A model generated the notes under the pieces. The model saw only the letters and a program-made list of their open reading frames with translations. It did not search any database and had not been told where the DNA came from. This document shows positions 9,519 to 19,972 of a stretch of 64,000 bases of DNA, piece after piece (the first letter of the stretch is position 1; the number at the start of each line of letters is the position of its first letter). The stretch comes from a virus. The position numbers were made by a program, and so were the translations under genes. Where the stretch lies: IMG/VR virus record IMGVR_UViG_3300042691_037929, positions 5,899 through 69,898 of that record; one strand, 5' to 3'.

Positions 9519-12500
9519 ATGGCTTTTAATTATTCATACAATAAACAAGTAGTTCCGAGTGATTTATTTAATTCGGTAGTTGATGGATTGTCAATTACAC
9601 CAATGTATATTGACTATAATGCTCAAACATTTAATATAGATATTTGGTTTGAACAAGCATTAACTGCACCAGAAGAATCTATCTTAAATGATATTGTTGC
9701 AAATATAATATTTGTAGACAAATCTAATTATGCAACATTTGAAAATGTAACCTCTACAGAGGGTGACATTACTTCGTTAACAGCAAATACTATTGAAAGT
9801 AGTTTTTCGAACATTGGAGATTTAAGTGCGTCCACGATTTATTCGGGCAGCACTAACTTATATGATATTTTCCTAACATCAAGTGATGGAAATGATATAA
9901 CAAGAGTTCAGCCAGGGACAAATATAACAACAGGTGGAACTGCAAATAATCCTACAATAAATCTTGTAGATTCTCCATCAGTAAATAATATTGCATTTTC
10001 AGGAACAGCAACAGGAGGTAATATTTTTGCAACTCAATTAAGTGGTGGAACTATTTATTCGGGAAGTACAAATTTATATTCGATATTTGCACCAATTGGT
10101 TCTTCGGAGGGTGTACAAAATGTTTTGCCTGGCTCAAATATAACAACAGGAGGAACGGCTACAAGCCCAACAATAAATCTTTCAGAATCACCATCAGTCA
10201 ACAATCTTACTTTTTCAGGAACAGCAACGGGAGGTAATGCGTTTGCAACTCAATTAAGTGGTGGAACTATTTATTCTGGTTCAACAAATTTATATGATAT
10301 ATTTGTTGATTCAGTAAAATCGGGTTCAAACGTTACGATAGGCGGAACAAGTTCTAATCCGATAGTCAACATTACTGCATCACCTTCATTTAATAATTTG
10401 ACATTATCAGGAACAGCAACAGGCGGTAATGTGTTTGCAACTCAATTAAGTGGTGGAACTATTTATTCAGGAAGCACTGATTTATATAATATTTTTCTAG
10501 GATTAAATGATGATTATGTTAAAAATGTTGTAAATGTTGGAAAAGGCGGGAATGTAGAATTTTCATCAATAAAAGATGCCGTCGATTCAATTACCGCAGC
10601 AACAACATCAAATCCATACGTGGTTAAGGTTGGTCCAGGCATGTACATTGAAGATACTATTACAATGAAAACAGGTATCTCGATTGTAGCAAATTCACTT
10701 GGAAGTGTTTTAGTTATACCGACAGTAAATACAAACACTATATTTGTTGGTGCAGATGCGTCATCAATTGTTAACTTAGTTTTGACAAACGCTAGCGGTT
10801 CAGGAGGAAAAGCTGTTTACCATAATGGAACTGGCGGAACTGGGTTTTTAATTAAAGATTGTAATTTTAACGATAATGAAACTCAAGTTCATTGTTATGC
10901 CACTTCGGCTTCTTCAATAGTCTATATAGATAGGTGTAGTGTAACTGGAAATAACGCTTATGGGTTTAAGATAGAGAATACTGGCACAACTTTATCTCAG
11001 GTGATATTCACTAATGGTACATACAAAGATACAACATTGCCTGTAACAACCGATTTCTTTACAGTATCAGGAACTGGTTCAACATGTACTATTACAAATT
11101 CTACATTTAGAATTGCTCAATCAACAGGTTCAACATTTTTAAAAGCTCAAGATAGTGCTGACGTTAGAATCATTGGTTCAGTTATTAGAGGTTTTGAGAA
11201 TGGATTATATTCTTTATCAGGAAATGGTGCACCAAACATCATTTGTGATTCCTTAGGAATATCAGAATGTACAAATGATATTTTAATAGAGCATCCTGGA
11301 ACGACAGGTTATTTTAATGGTATCTCAGAGTTTTCTAAAATCTCGATAAATAATGACGCTCCATTTTATTTAACAAATAATGATACTAAAATTATTAAAG
11401 TCGCCAAAAAAGGAGAAGACTTTACATCTATTGCAGATGCTGTTAATTTTATTACAGACGCATCAAGTACTAATAGATATTTAATTAGTGTTGGGGCTGG
11501 AATTTTTTATGAGGATGAAATAGATTTAACAAATAAGCCGTTCATTAGTGTCGTCGGTGCAAGCATTCAATCGACTTTAGTAATTCCAAATACAGGTACT
11601 CAGCACTTGTTTAAGATGGGTAATAATTGTGAGATTTCATTTATGTCACTTAGTGGCGTCGGCAATGGTTATTCAGCTGTATATGTATATGACATTGGAG
11701 ATTTTGCACAAGCTCACAAAATCTCTATTATAGATTGTGATACAAATGTTCACGTAGAGTCTGTAACTCAAGATACAATATTCTATGGGGAATATATGGA
11801 TTTTAATGGTAATTATAGTTATGGAGCAAAAGCAGTTGCAAACAATAATTATCAAGCTTTCATTAATTTAGAAAACTACTATATTTTCCCTTCTGGTGAC
11901 GGAGTTCAAGTTGGTAACTTTGCGACAGGAAGTGGTGCAACTTTCAATATCCTATCTTCTTCTATGGCAGGAATGGGAAACACAGGAGAAACTGCTATTC
12001 ATATAGAGGATGGAGCTTCATTAGATTGTACTTCTGTTGATATAGACTCATTCTATTATGGAATTAGAAATGCGAATGTAGGAAGTGATTGCTCATTTGA
12101 CTTAGATGCTATTAGTATTACAAATTCTGGTCTTTATGATATTTCTATTGAAAATTCAACAACTACTGGAACTATACTTGGTTCAGCATCACATACTCAA
12201 ATTTTTAACGCTAGTAATTCTGTTTCTTGGCTTATATTAGATAGTACTGATGGAGAGTTAGATATCACCAATCAATTATCTGTAACATTTACAGATGGTA
12301 CACATACAGACTTATCAACAATATTGATAAAGGGTGCTACTATGGGGATTATCGAAGGTGGTGTTATAACAGAAGTGAGTGGATTAACTATTAATATAAG
12401 CACAGGTTTTGGGTATTTAGAAAAAGCTCCTAATACTAAGATATTGAAAAGAATTGATTGGGACTCTCAGGATTTGGTCTTACCAAGCAATTCTAATCTT

Positions 12501-15146
12501 TACATTTATTTCAATGAAAACGGAGTTTTATCTACATCTGGTTCTAGACCGAATTCGATAAATAATATAATTTTAGGCAGAGTTGTAACAAATTCATCTA
12601 TTGAGATTATTGATTTGTCTCCATTGAATGCAGAACATACTTCAAATAGATATTCTGATTTATTTACAGAAGCTATCGGACCTATATATGCAGATGGTTC
12701 TATCGTTACAGAAAACACGACGCCTTTCCACCTAGATGCATCATCGGGTAAATATTACTATTCAACAAACGAGTTTAAGCCTACAGGAGGTACTGATATA
12801 ACTTTTGTTCAATATAACAGAACTGGATTAACTGGTTGGACATCTTCAGCAACTACTGTTGTTACGAATTCACTATATGATAATAATGGTTCGCTATCTG
12901 CCTTATCATCATCTTATTATACAAAACACACATTTTATTTGATTGGAGATAGTATTTATGAGCAATATTTATTAGTTTTAGGTCAAAATCAATATGCAAC
13001 ACTTCTTGAAACAGAGGATGCGTTATTACCTACTCCACCAACCTATTTTTCAGATTCATTAGTGCAGATTGCGAATATATATGTTCAAGAGGGTGCTACT
13101 GGAATTACGCAAGTTGAAGATATTAGACCTATTATCGGATTTAAAGCGGGAGGCGTAAATGCTTCCTCAACACATGGTAACTTACTTGGTCTATCTGCTG
13201 ACGACCATACTCAATACTTGCTTGTTGATGGTGGTAGAGCTATGTCTGGAAATCTAGATATGGACTCAAACAACATAGTGAATGCAGGTACAATAAATGG
13301 TGTTTCAGCTCAAACACACTCTACAAGACACTTACCTAATGGAGCAGACCCTTTAAATACAGCAGCGCCTATAAGTATTTCAGATTCAAACTCAGAAGGT
13401 ATTGCAAATTCATTTGCTAGGTCAGACCACCAACATGCTCATGGAGTTCATAGTGGCGGAACAACCCACTCAGTTGCAGATTCTACAACGGCAGGATTTA
13501 TGTCTTCTACTGACAAGAACTACTTGGATTCATTACCAAGTCAGTTGAATACTAAATCTAGCTTGTCAGGAGCTACATTTACAGGGGCAGTTAATGCAAC
13601 ATCACTAAGCGCTACAACACTAAGTGGCGGAACTATACTTTCGGGCTCAACTAATCTTTATTCAATATTTGCGCCTATTGGCACTATTGGGAGTGGTGGT
13701 GTGCAAAGTGTGCGACCAGGCTCGAATATAACGACTGGTGGAACTGCAGAAAGTCCGATAATAAATATTGTAGATTCACCTTCATTTAATGGTTTAAATG
13801 CTTCTGGGAATACAATTTTAAACGCAACAACAGCAATAACTCAATATGTAGAAAGCTATTTAAATATAGGAAATGCGAACCCTGAAACTACAGCAACATT
13901 GCATGTGACTTCTTTATCTGCTCAAAATCAAACTACTGATTTTGAACAATTCGGGTTTGGTTCTAATTTTAGGATTAGAAGAACGAATGGTAGCCCTTCT
14001 TCTAAGTCAACATTGTTGAGTGGTGACGTAATAGGTAATTTAAATTTTGCTGGTTATGATGGGGTTTCAAATTCAGCCTCTCAGTCACGCATAAGAGTTT
14101 TAACAACTGAAGATTGGTCTCCTACAAATCGTGGGACAAAAATGGAGTTTTCAGTAACTCCAATTGGTTCTATAGATAATACAACTTGTTTAATTTTAAA
14201 TTCTGATTGTAGTGCTGTTTTTTCAGATGGTTTATCTGCTAAGACAATTTCTGCAACAACAATATTTTCAGGCTCAACAAATTTATATTCAATATTTGCT
14301 CCTATTGGTACTATTGGTGGAGGTGGCGTTAAGAGTGTTCGACCAGGTTCAAATATAACAACAGGAGGGACTGCGGAGAACCCAATAATAAATCTTGTAG
14401 ATTCACCTTCGGTTAATAATTTGAATATTTCTGGGCTAACGACTTCAACAGATGGAGCAACATTTGTATCCCTTTCAGGAACAAATATATTTTCAGGAAG
14501 TACAAATTTAAATGTTTATTTTGATAGCATTAATGCAAGGCTTGAAACAGAGGCTAATTTATCTGGCGCAACATTTACAGGAACAGTTAATGCTCCAACA
14601 TTAAGTGCGACTACATTCAGCGCCTCAAGTGCTACAGTTTTAAGTTCATTAAGATTCCCTGTATCACCTGTTTCTGGGTATATTTTAACATCAGATGCAA
14701 ATGGTAATGCAGCTTGGCAGGCAAGTCCTGTTGGAACAGGTGCAACGAAGGTAGATTTACAAGGTGTGTCAACTGGTTCAACCGCAACAGCGACATCGGC
14801 ATTTGTAGACGTTCCAGGCATGACGTTTACAACAAAAAACCTTGGTAGTTCGGCAACAACATATGTAGCAAGATTTAATGCTCAAATAAGTAATAATAAC
14901 AATGCAGGTTCTTCTACATTTGCTATATTAAGAAATAATGTTGTACAACCAAGCTCAGTAAGGACAGTATCAAATTCTGGTGCTGCCATGACCAACTCAA
15001 ACAGAAGTATATCAACATCTGCAACTATTACAGGTGTCACAAATGGTGATGTAATTAAAGTGCAGTTTAGTGCAGCAACTGGTACTGTAACTGTTACAAA
15101 CAGAGGTTTTGATATTTTTGGAATTTTAAATGTTAATTTAGTTTAA
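9519..15146 (+). CDS. Long tail fibre/tailspike (1875 aa) with two pectin-lyase-like beta-helix regions
   Basis: Two beta-helix entry motifs (FSSIKDAVDSI...VGPGMY, FTSIADAVNFI...VGAGIF), His motifs (DDHTQY, HSTRH, ARSDHQH) and about six shared fibre modules. Confidence 0.8.
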   Translation: MAFNYSYNKQVVPSDLFNSVVDGLSITPMYIDYNAQTFNIDIWFEQALTAPEESILNDIVANIIFVDKSNYATFENVTSTEGDITSLTANTIESSFSNIGDLSASTIYSGSTNLYDIFLTSSDGNDITRVQPGTNITTGGTANNPTINLVDSPSVNNIAFSGTATGGNIFATQLSGGTIYSGSTNLYSIFAPIGSSEGVQNVLPGSNITTGGTATSPTINLSESPSVNNLTFSGTATGGNAFATQLSGGTIYSGSTNLYDIFVDSVKSGSNVTIGGTSSNPIVNITASPSFNNLTLSGTATGGNVFATQLSGGTIYSGSTDLYNIFLGLNDDYVKNVVNVGKGGNVEFSSIKDAVDSITAATTSNPYVVKVGPGMYIEDTITMKTGISIVANSLGSVLVIPTVNTNTIFVGADASSIVNLVLTNASGSGGKAVYHNGTGGTGFLIKDCNFNDNETQVHCYATSASSIVYIDRCSVTGNNAYGFKIENTGTTLSQVIFTNGTYKDTTLPVTTDFFTVSGTGSTCTITNSTFRIAQSTGSTFLKAQDSADVRIIGSVIRGFENGLYSLSGNGAPNIICDSLGISECTNDILIEHPGTTGYFNGISEFSKISINNDAPFYLTNNDTKIIKVAKKGEDFTSIADAVNFITDASSTNRYLISVGAGIFYEDEIDLTNKPFISVVGASIQSTLVIPNTGTQHLFKMGNNCEISFMSLSGVGNGYSAVYVYDIGDFAQAHKISIIDCDTNVHVESVTQDTIFYGEYMDFNGNYSYGAKAVANNNYQAFINLENYYIFPSGDGVQVGNFATGSGATFNILSSSMAGMGNTGETAIHIEDGASLDCTSVDIDSFYYGIRNANVGSDCSFDLDAISITNSGLYDISIENSTTTGTILGSASHTQIFNASNSVSWLILDSTDGELDITNQLSVTFTDGTHTDLSTILIKGATMGIIEGGVITEVSGLTINISTGFGYLEKAPNTKILKRIDWDSQDLVLPSNSNLYIYFNENGVLSTSGSRPNSINNIILGRVVTNSSIEIIDLSPLNAEHTSNRYSDLFTEAIGPIYADGSIVTENTTPFHLDASSGKYYYSTNEFKPTGGTDITFVQYNRTGLTGWTSSATTVVTNSLYDNNGSLSALSSSYYTKHTFYLIGDSIYEQYLLVLGQNQYATLLETEDALLPTPPTYFSDSLVQIANIYVQEGATGITQVEDIRPIIGFKAGGVNASSTHGNLLGLSADDHTQYLLVDGGRAMSGNLDMDSNNIVNAGTINGVSAQTHSTRHLPNGADPLNTAAPISISDSNSEGIANSFARSDHQHAHGVHSGGTTHSVADSTTAGFMSSTDKNYLDSLPSQLNTKSSLSGATFTGAVNATSLSATTLSGGTILSGSTNLYSIFAPIGTIGSGGVQSVRPGSNITTGGTAESPIINIVDSPSFNGLNASGNTILNATTAITQYVESYLNIGNANPETTATLHVTSLSAQNQTTDFEQFGFGSNFRIRRTNGSPSSKSTLLSGDVIGNLNFAGYDGVSNSASQSRIRVLTTEDWSPTNRGTKMEFSVTPIGSIDNTTCLILNSDCSAVFSDGLSAKTISATTIFSGSTNLYSIFAPIGTIGGGGVKSVRPGSNITTGGTAENPIINLVDSPSVNNLNISGLTTSTDGATFVSLSGTNIFSGSTNLNVYFDSINARLETEANLSGATFTGTVNAPTLSATTFSASSATVLSSLRFPVSPVSGYILTSDANGNAAWQASPVGTGATKVDLQGVSTGSTATATSAFVDVPGMTFTTKNLGSSATTYVARFNAQISNNNNAGSSTFAILRNNVVQPSSVRTVSNSGAAMTNSNRSISTSATITGVTNGDVIKVQFSAATGTVTVTNRGFDIFGILNVNLV

Positions 15147-15148
15147 TT

Positions 15149-15919
15149 ATGAATACTTACAATTATATTATAAATCAATATAACACAGAACAGATACTTG
15201 ATGAGGTAAAATCTTTATTAGGAAAGAAACTTTATGCTTCTTATGATGGAGAGGTTGTTGATGGTGGAATAAGTGTTAATGATAAAGATGTATCATTAAT
15301 ATTTTTTAGTCCATTAAACGCTCAACAAGAGCAAGAATTAAATAATTATATTGCAAACTATAATTATAATTCAAATTATAATAATCTTTTACATTTCAAA
15401 ATTAATGATTCTTTTGATTCTCCTGCAAATTTAGATTATGATATATATGGATTACACAAAAAGAGAACTATTACTTTCGGTGAATTAAGAAGAACGGATT
15501 ATTATAGGAACTATAATACAAATTCTCAAGTTTATTCAGATTTAGTTGTTGAAGAACTTAGAGATTATACAAGAGATGTAAATGGATTAGTTCAGTTTAG
15601 AACTCAAACAACAAATTGGTTTTTGAAGAATGGAGATGTCGGAGCAACAAAAGTAACAACAAAATATTACACACTCCCAGAGGCTATTCATGAAGGCGTT
15701 GAAAGAAGGAGTAATGTTATTGCACAAGCAAAAGCATATACTCTTGCTAATATAGGACAGCTATATTCATTTGATTTACTTACAGGTATAAAAAATGAGA
15801 TACAATTATTTTTAGATGGATATACTCAACCTCTTAGAGATGCTGTTAGCGCAAACACAAAACCATATTTAACTACGCAAGTAAAAGAAGGAATAATTGA
15901 AAATTTAAGAATGAGTTAA
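15149..15919 (+). CDS. Hypothetical fibre-associated protein
   Basis: 256 aa ORF; N-terminus resembles that of the 9519 protein. Confidence 0.5.
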   Translation: MNTYNYIINQYNTEQILDEVKSLLGKKLYASYDGEVVDGGISVNDKDVSLIFFSPLNAQQEQELNNYIANYNYNSNYNNLLHFKINDSFDSPANLDYDIYGLHKKRTITFGELRRTDYYRNYNTNSQVYSDLVVEELRDYTRDVNGLVQFRTQTTNWFLKNGDVGATKVTTKYYTLPEAIHEGVERRSNVIAQAKAYTLANIGQLYSFDLLTGIKNEIQLFLDGYTQPLRDAVSANTKPYLTTQVKEGIIENLRMS

Positions 15920-15920
15920 T

Positions 15921-16313
15921 ATGTATACGAAAGAAGAACAAAATGCTGTAAATGAAATAAAAACAATATTGGAAAATTATGAAAAATTTCAAGGTAAAGT
16001 TTCATATCTTATAGAAGATAGTGAGAGAAAGATTTTATTTTGTAATAAATCATTTTGCAATATGATAGGATTTGATGGTGAACCTGAAAATCTTATTGGT
16101 TATAACTGTGAAAAAGCAGCGGAAGACAACAAGAGCTTGTATATAAATTCTGAAAAGTTTGTGGAAGACATAAATGATATTTTTAAAGATAAAACAAAAA
16201 AACAAACTCACTTAATTGAAATGGTGAACGGTAAAAAATACAAAAGAGATTATGTTCCACTTTTTTTTCAAGATAATTATATAGGACACTCGTGGCAATA
16301 TTATGAAATTTAA
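15921..16313 (+). CDS. Stand-alone PAS-domain protein
   Basis: LIEDSERKILFCNKSFCNMIG...ENLIG...NGKKYKRDYVP...IGHSWQYYEI follows the PAS/PAC pattern. Confidence 0.8.
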   Translation: MYTKEEQNAVNEIKTILENYEKFQGKVSYLIEDSERKILFCNKSFCNMIGFDGEPENLIGYNCEKAAEDNKSLYINSEKFVEDINDIFKDKTKKQTHLIEMVNGKKYKRDYVPLFFQDNYIGHSWQYYEI

Positions 16314-16324
16314 ATGTTAAAATT

Positions 16325-16813
16325 ATGAAAGAATTACTTCAAGGATTATGGGCTTTTATGTGGGCTGTTTTAGTAAGTTTTTTAATGTTTACTATAGGAA
16401 CTCTTTATTCTATTTTGTATGCTTTTTATTTGATGGTTACACTAAAGAGGTGGTATGCACCATTTCAGTTTGCTTGGAAATTGATTGATGGTGCTTGTTT
16501 GGCAATTGGTCACATTCTTTTTGAGGCGGCCTATGGATTAGATATGGGCTGGAATGTGAATGGTGAAATATTAGAGGATATGGTAACTGTTAAAGAAAAT
16601 ACGACGTTTTCAGAAAGAGACTTATCTGTTTCTGCAAGTGTTGGAAAATTAGAAATTGATGGAGATTTAAATGCGTTTGGCAAGAAGTTTAGTAAGCTTT
16701 TAAATTTCTTTTTTGGACAAAAACAACACGCTATTGATGCTTGGAATTATACACAAGCCAGAAAAGAGCTGAGAGAGAAGTATTTTGAAAAAGTAAAGAG
16801 AATAAAAAAATAA
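16325..16813 (+). CDS. Hypothetical membrane protein
   Basis: Hydrophobic N-terminal helices followed by a D-x-x-x-NV...SASVGK...H domain. Confidence 0.6.
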   Translation: MKELLQGLWAFMWAVLVSFLMFTIGTLYSILYAFYLMVTLKRWYAPFQFAWKLIDGACLAIGHILFEAAYGLDMGWNVNGEILEDMVTVKENTTFSERDLSVSASVGKLEIDGDLNAFGKKFSKLLNFFFGQKQHAIDAWNYTQARKELREKYFEKVKRIKK

Positions 16814-16824
16814 AATTGTAAGAA

Positions 16825-17130
16825 ATGAATATAAAAACAGGTCAAACAGTATATGAATTAGTTAGGTCATTTGATATAAATACTAATTCCCCAGTGGTCC
16901 CAGCAAACTTTACTAATACAATATATACAGATGGTTTGATTAATACTGGAGTGACAATAAATGTTGTTTTGTCTAATTCAAACCAAGGAATTTATACAAT
17001 GTATTGGTCAGCCTCTACTTTTGGAATATATCAACTACATGTAGAAAATAATACAACAGAAGTAATATATATATCAGATATATACAATGTAACATCAAAT
17101 GTAACAACGACTGTTTATGTTGGTATATAA
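16825..17130 (+). CDS. Small beta-rich hypothetical (putative virion) protein
   Basis: 101 aa, T/N/V-rich ORF closing the fibre cluster. Confidence 0.5.
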   Translation: MNIKTGQTVYELVRSFDINTNSPVVPANFTNTIYTDGLINTGVTINVVLSNSNQGIYTMYWSASTFGIYQLHVENNTTEVIYISDIYNVTSNVTTTVYVGI

Positions 17131-17137
17131 AGATATG

Positions 17138-17165
17138 TTTACTTTTTTAAGCTATAATTTATATT
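17138..17165 (+). promoter_or_regulatory. TTTACT-N16-TATATT promoter (early/middle class)
   Basis: Same motif and spacing recur at 19973, 33466, 39248, 46412 and 62427. Confidence 0.6.
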
Positions 17166-17171
17166 TATTTT

Positions 17172-17696
17172 ATGAATTTAAATTTTCTTCCAAATAGAAG
17201 TGAAGTCTTTAGGAAAAGAAAGTTTTTATCTGAAAAATTAGATAAAAATGCAGATTCTATGTGGGAAGGGTTTTTTATTCTGGACTTTAAACCTTATTCA
17301 AAGAAAAATAAAACAGAACTTTTGGTATCATCAATAAACAATTCTTTTCCAATAGACTTGTTGAATTGGGGTGATAAAGAATATTGTTCTTTTGAAATTA
17401 AGATAATAGACAATGTTGGTGAAACAAATGGAAAAGAGTTTATAGAATGGATAGAATCTTTTTATGATTACAAAAACAAGTATTACAGATTTAATATTTA
17501 TGATTTAGACGCAAAAGATTTGGACTTATATGTAATAAATAAAAAGATGGAAAAATTAGTAAAGTTTAATTTAACATCTACAGTAATAAAGTCTCCAATA
17601 TTTTTTGAATCAAAAAAATCTGATTATTATAATCCTCAAATTATATTGACTCTTTGTACAAAACAATCTGTTGTTGTAAATAAAATACAGTTTTAA
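17172..17696 (+). CDS. Diverged tail-tube paralogue 1
   Basis: LPNRSEVFRKRKFL vs tube VPVEQEPKRKNRFV; FEIKIIDNVGETNGKEFIEWIE vs IDIEFIDVIGPSTTQKVMEWVR; KDLDLYVI...VKFNL vs KNLVLKAL...EKWTL. Confidence 0.75.
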   Translation: MNLNFLPNRSEVFRKRKFLSEKLDKNADSMWEGFFILDFKPYSKKNKTELLVSSINNSFPIDLLNWGDKEYCSFEIKIIDNVGETNGKEFIEWIESFYDYKNKYYRFNIYDLDAKDLDLYVINKKMEKLVKFNLTSTVIKSPIFFESKKSDYYNPQIILTLCTKQSVVVNKIQF

Positions 17697-17698
17697 AT

Positions 17699-17730
17699 AT
17701 TGTTTTTATTAATTAAAAGTTTTATTTTTG
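17699..17730 (+). promoter_or_regulatory. Bacteroidota-type primary sigma promoter
   Basis: ATTG-N20-TATTTTTG upstream of ATG 17745. Confidence 0.5.
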
Positions 17731-17744
17731 ATTAAAACAATATT

Positions 17745-18251
17745 ATGTCACCTTGTTCTCTTCCAATTTTTACATTAGAAAAATCTAAAAGAATAGAAAG
17801 TAAAAAGTTTTTAAAAAAAGTATTAATTGAAAAAAAAAATAATTTTTTTTATGAAGACTTTTCTTTTTTTAAAACGGAAAATTTTGAATCAATTTGTTTT
17901 TTAGATGAAATGCCATCGCTTGAGCTTGATTATGAAGCCATTTATGGCAATAGAATGGTTGGAAGAACAAAGTGTAGGGATATAACTTTATACTTTCATA
18001 ACTCAAATAAAAATAATTTTTATATTACAAATATAGTTAATGGTGTGATTGACAACTATATGTTTAATCATAAATTTAATTTTAAAATAGATTGCTATTC
18101 AAAACAATTTAAAATAAGTTCTATAAAAATTTATGGAGCTTTAATTAATAGTTATTCAATTGGCGATTTTTCTATAAATAATAAAAACTTTGACGAAGAA
18201 ATGCTGCAAGCAAGTTTTTCTATTGATTCATTTACTATAGATTTTTCATAA
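17745..18251 (+). CDS. Diverged tail-tube paralogue 2
   Basis: MPSLEL...MVGRTKCRDITLYF vs tube KPTIEI...VAGRYKWSTIDIEF; IKIYGALINSYSIGDFS vs WTLIGCFITNASFDSYD. Confidence 0.65.
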   Translation: MSPCSLPIFTLEKSKRIESKKFLKKVLIEKKNNFFYEDFSFFKTENFESICFLDEMPSLELDYEAIYGNRMVGRTKCRDITLYFHNSNKNNFYITNIVNGVIDNYMFNHKFNFKIDCYSKQFKISSIKIYGALINSYSIGDFSINNKNFDEEMLQASFSIDSFTIDFS

Positions 18252-18300
18252 TCCTTTTTTTTAATTTTAATCATATTTATAAAGATACAATGTTATCTTT

Positions 18301-19968
18301 ATGAATAACGATTTAATTCAAGAATATATAAATTGCGCACAAGACCCAGTTTATTTTGCTAATAACTATGGATATGTTTTTGATATGAAAAAACAACAAG
18401 TATCAAAAATGAGTTGTTTTCCTTATCAAGAAGATTGTTTAAGAACTTTTAATGATAATCAAAATTCTATAGTATTAAAATCAAGACAAATGGGTTTATC
18501 AGTCATTTCTGCAATGTATGTTGCTTGGAGGCTTGTTTTTTGTTTTGATGAAAGAATTTTAGTTGTTGCCGATAATGGAAATGGAGCTGTAAGATTCTTA
18601 AATACTGTAAGGCAAGTTTTGGATAAATTGCCAGATTGGATGTTGCCAGATGAAAGACTTATAAATAATACAAAACAAATTTCTTTTTCTAATGGTTCTT
18701 GGGTAAAGGCTGTTGCAAGTAGCAAACAGGCAGGTCGTGGAGAATCTTTGACTTGCTTAATACTTGATGAGACTGCATTTATTGAACATGCACAAGATAT
18801 TTGGATGGGTGCTGGATTAGCTTTGGCCGCAACTCAAGGTAAATGTATTATGATTTCAACACCAAAAGGTACTGGTAATTTATATCACCAGACATGGGTT
18901 CAAGCAAGTAAGGGTCACGGAAGTTTTGTGCCAATAAAATTACACTGGTCTATACATCCAATTTTATCTGAAGGATTAGAACATAGAAAAGATGTAGATG
19001 GAAAAGAATATCCTTGGAGTCCTTGGTATGGTAAGGAATGTGATAGATTACACCACGATAAAGTTAAAATATCTCAAGAATTAGACTTATCTTTTGAAGG
19101 CTCTAGTGCTGTTGTTATTGATAATTCAATAATAATGAAATACAGAAGGGATATTGGCGATAAAAAACCAATATGTTATTTTGACTTTAAAAAAGATGGT
19201 GGAAGTTTTGTTGATTATGAAACAACTTTTCATATATGGCAAATGCCAAAAGAAGATGGAAACTACATAATAGGAGGAGACGTTGGTCGTGGAGATAGTA
19301 AAGACTACTCTACATTACAAATAATTGATGCAGACTCTTTAGAACAAGTTGGGGAATATCAAGGAAAAATAGTTCCAGATACATTTGCTGAACTTATATA
19401 TATAATCGGATTAAAATATAATACTGCATTTTTAGCTATAGAATGTAACAGCTTTGGTTTAGCTACTACATTAATGTTAAAAAATCAATTAAAATATCCT
19501 AATGATAGGATGTATATTTCTAAGTCTGCAGTAAAACTTTTCAATAGGTCTCATAATTATGTAGTAGAAAAAGACACAGATGTGCCAGGATTTCAGACAA
19601 CAGTTAAAACTAGACCGCTTTTAGTTAGTGCTATAGTTAAATATATGCGTGATATGCAGATTAAAATTAATTCTGACAGATTACTTATGGAGTTTGAAAC
19701 ATTTATTTACAATGGCGACAAAGTAGAGCATGCACCAGGATTTAATGATGACCTTATTTTTGCATTTGCAATCGCTCTTTTGATTAGAGATACTGAATTT
19801 GAATCTGTATTTTGGAATAAACAAAAAACTATGCAAATGTTAGATTTGATTAGTCATAGTAAAAATGACATTAATTCATTAGGTTTAGATGGCAAAGACA
19901 AAGAATCTTGGGAAGATGATGATGACTGGAATGATACTAATTGGTTATTTGGTCCAATAAAAGGATAA
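18301..19968 (+). CDS. terL: Terminase large subunit (T4 gp17-like)
   Basis: DPVYF, PYQ, Walker A KSRQMGLS, Walker B LILDE, ISTPKG, nuclease GGDVGRG...DYS and NDDL motifs. Confidence 0.96.
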   Translation: MNNDLIQEYINCAQDPVYFANNYGYVFDMKKQQVSKMSCFPYQEDCLRTFNDNQNSIVLKSRQMGLSVISAMYVAWRLVFCFDERILVVADNGNGAVRFLNTVRQVLDKLPDWMLPDERLINNTKQISFSNGSWVKAVASSKQAGRGESLTCLILDETAFIEHAQDIWMGAGLALAATQGKCIMISTPKGTGNLYHQTWVQASKGHGSFVPIKLHWSIHPILSEGLEHRKDVDGKEYPWSPWYGKECDRLHHDKVKISQELDLSFEGSSAVVIDNSIIMKYRRDIGDKKPICYFDFKKDGGSFVDYETTFHIWQMPKEDGNYIIGGDVGRGDSKDYSTLQIIDADSLEQVGEYQGKIVPDTFAELIYIIGLKYNTAFLAIECNSFGLATTLMLKNQLKYPNDRMYISKSAVKLFNRSHNYVVEKDTDVPGFQTTVKTRPLLVSAIVKYMRDMQIKINSDRLLMEFETFIYNGDKVEHAPGFNDDLIFAFAIALLIRDTEFESVFWNKQKTMQMLDLISHSKNDINSLGLDGKDKESWEDDDDWNDTNWLFGPIKG

Positions 19969-19972
19969 TCTA

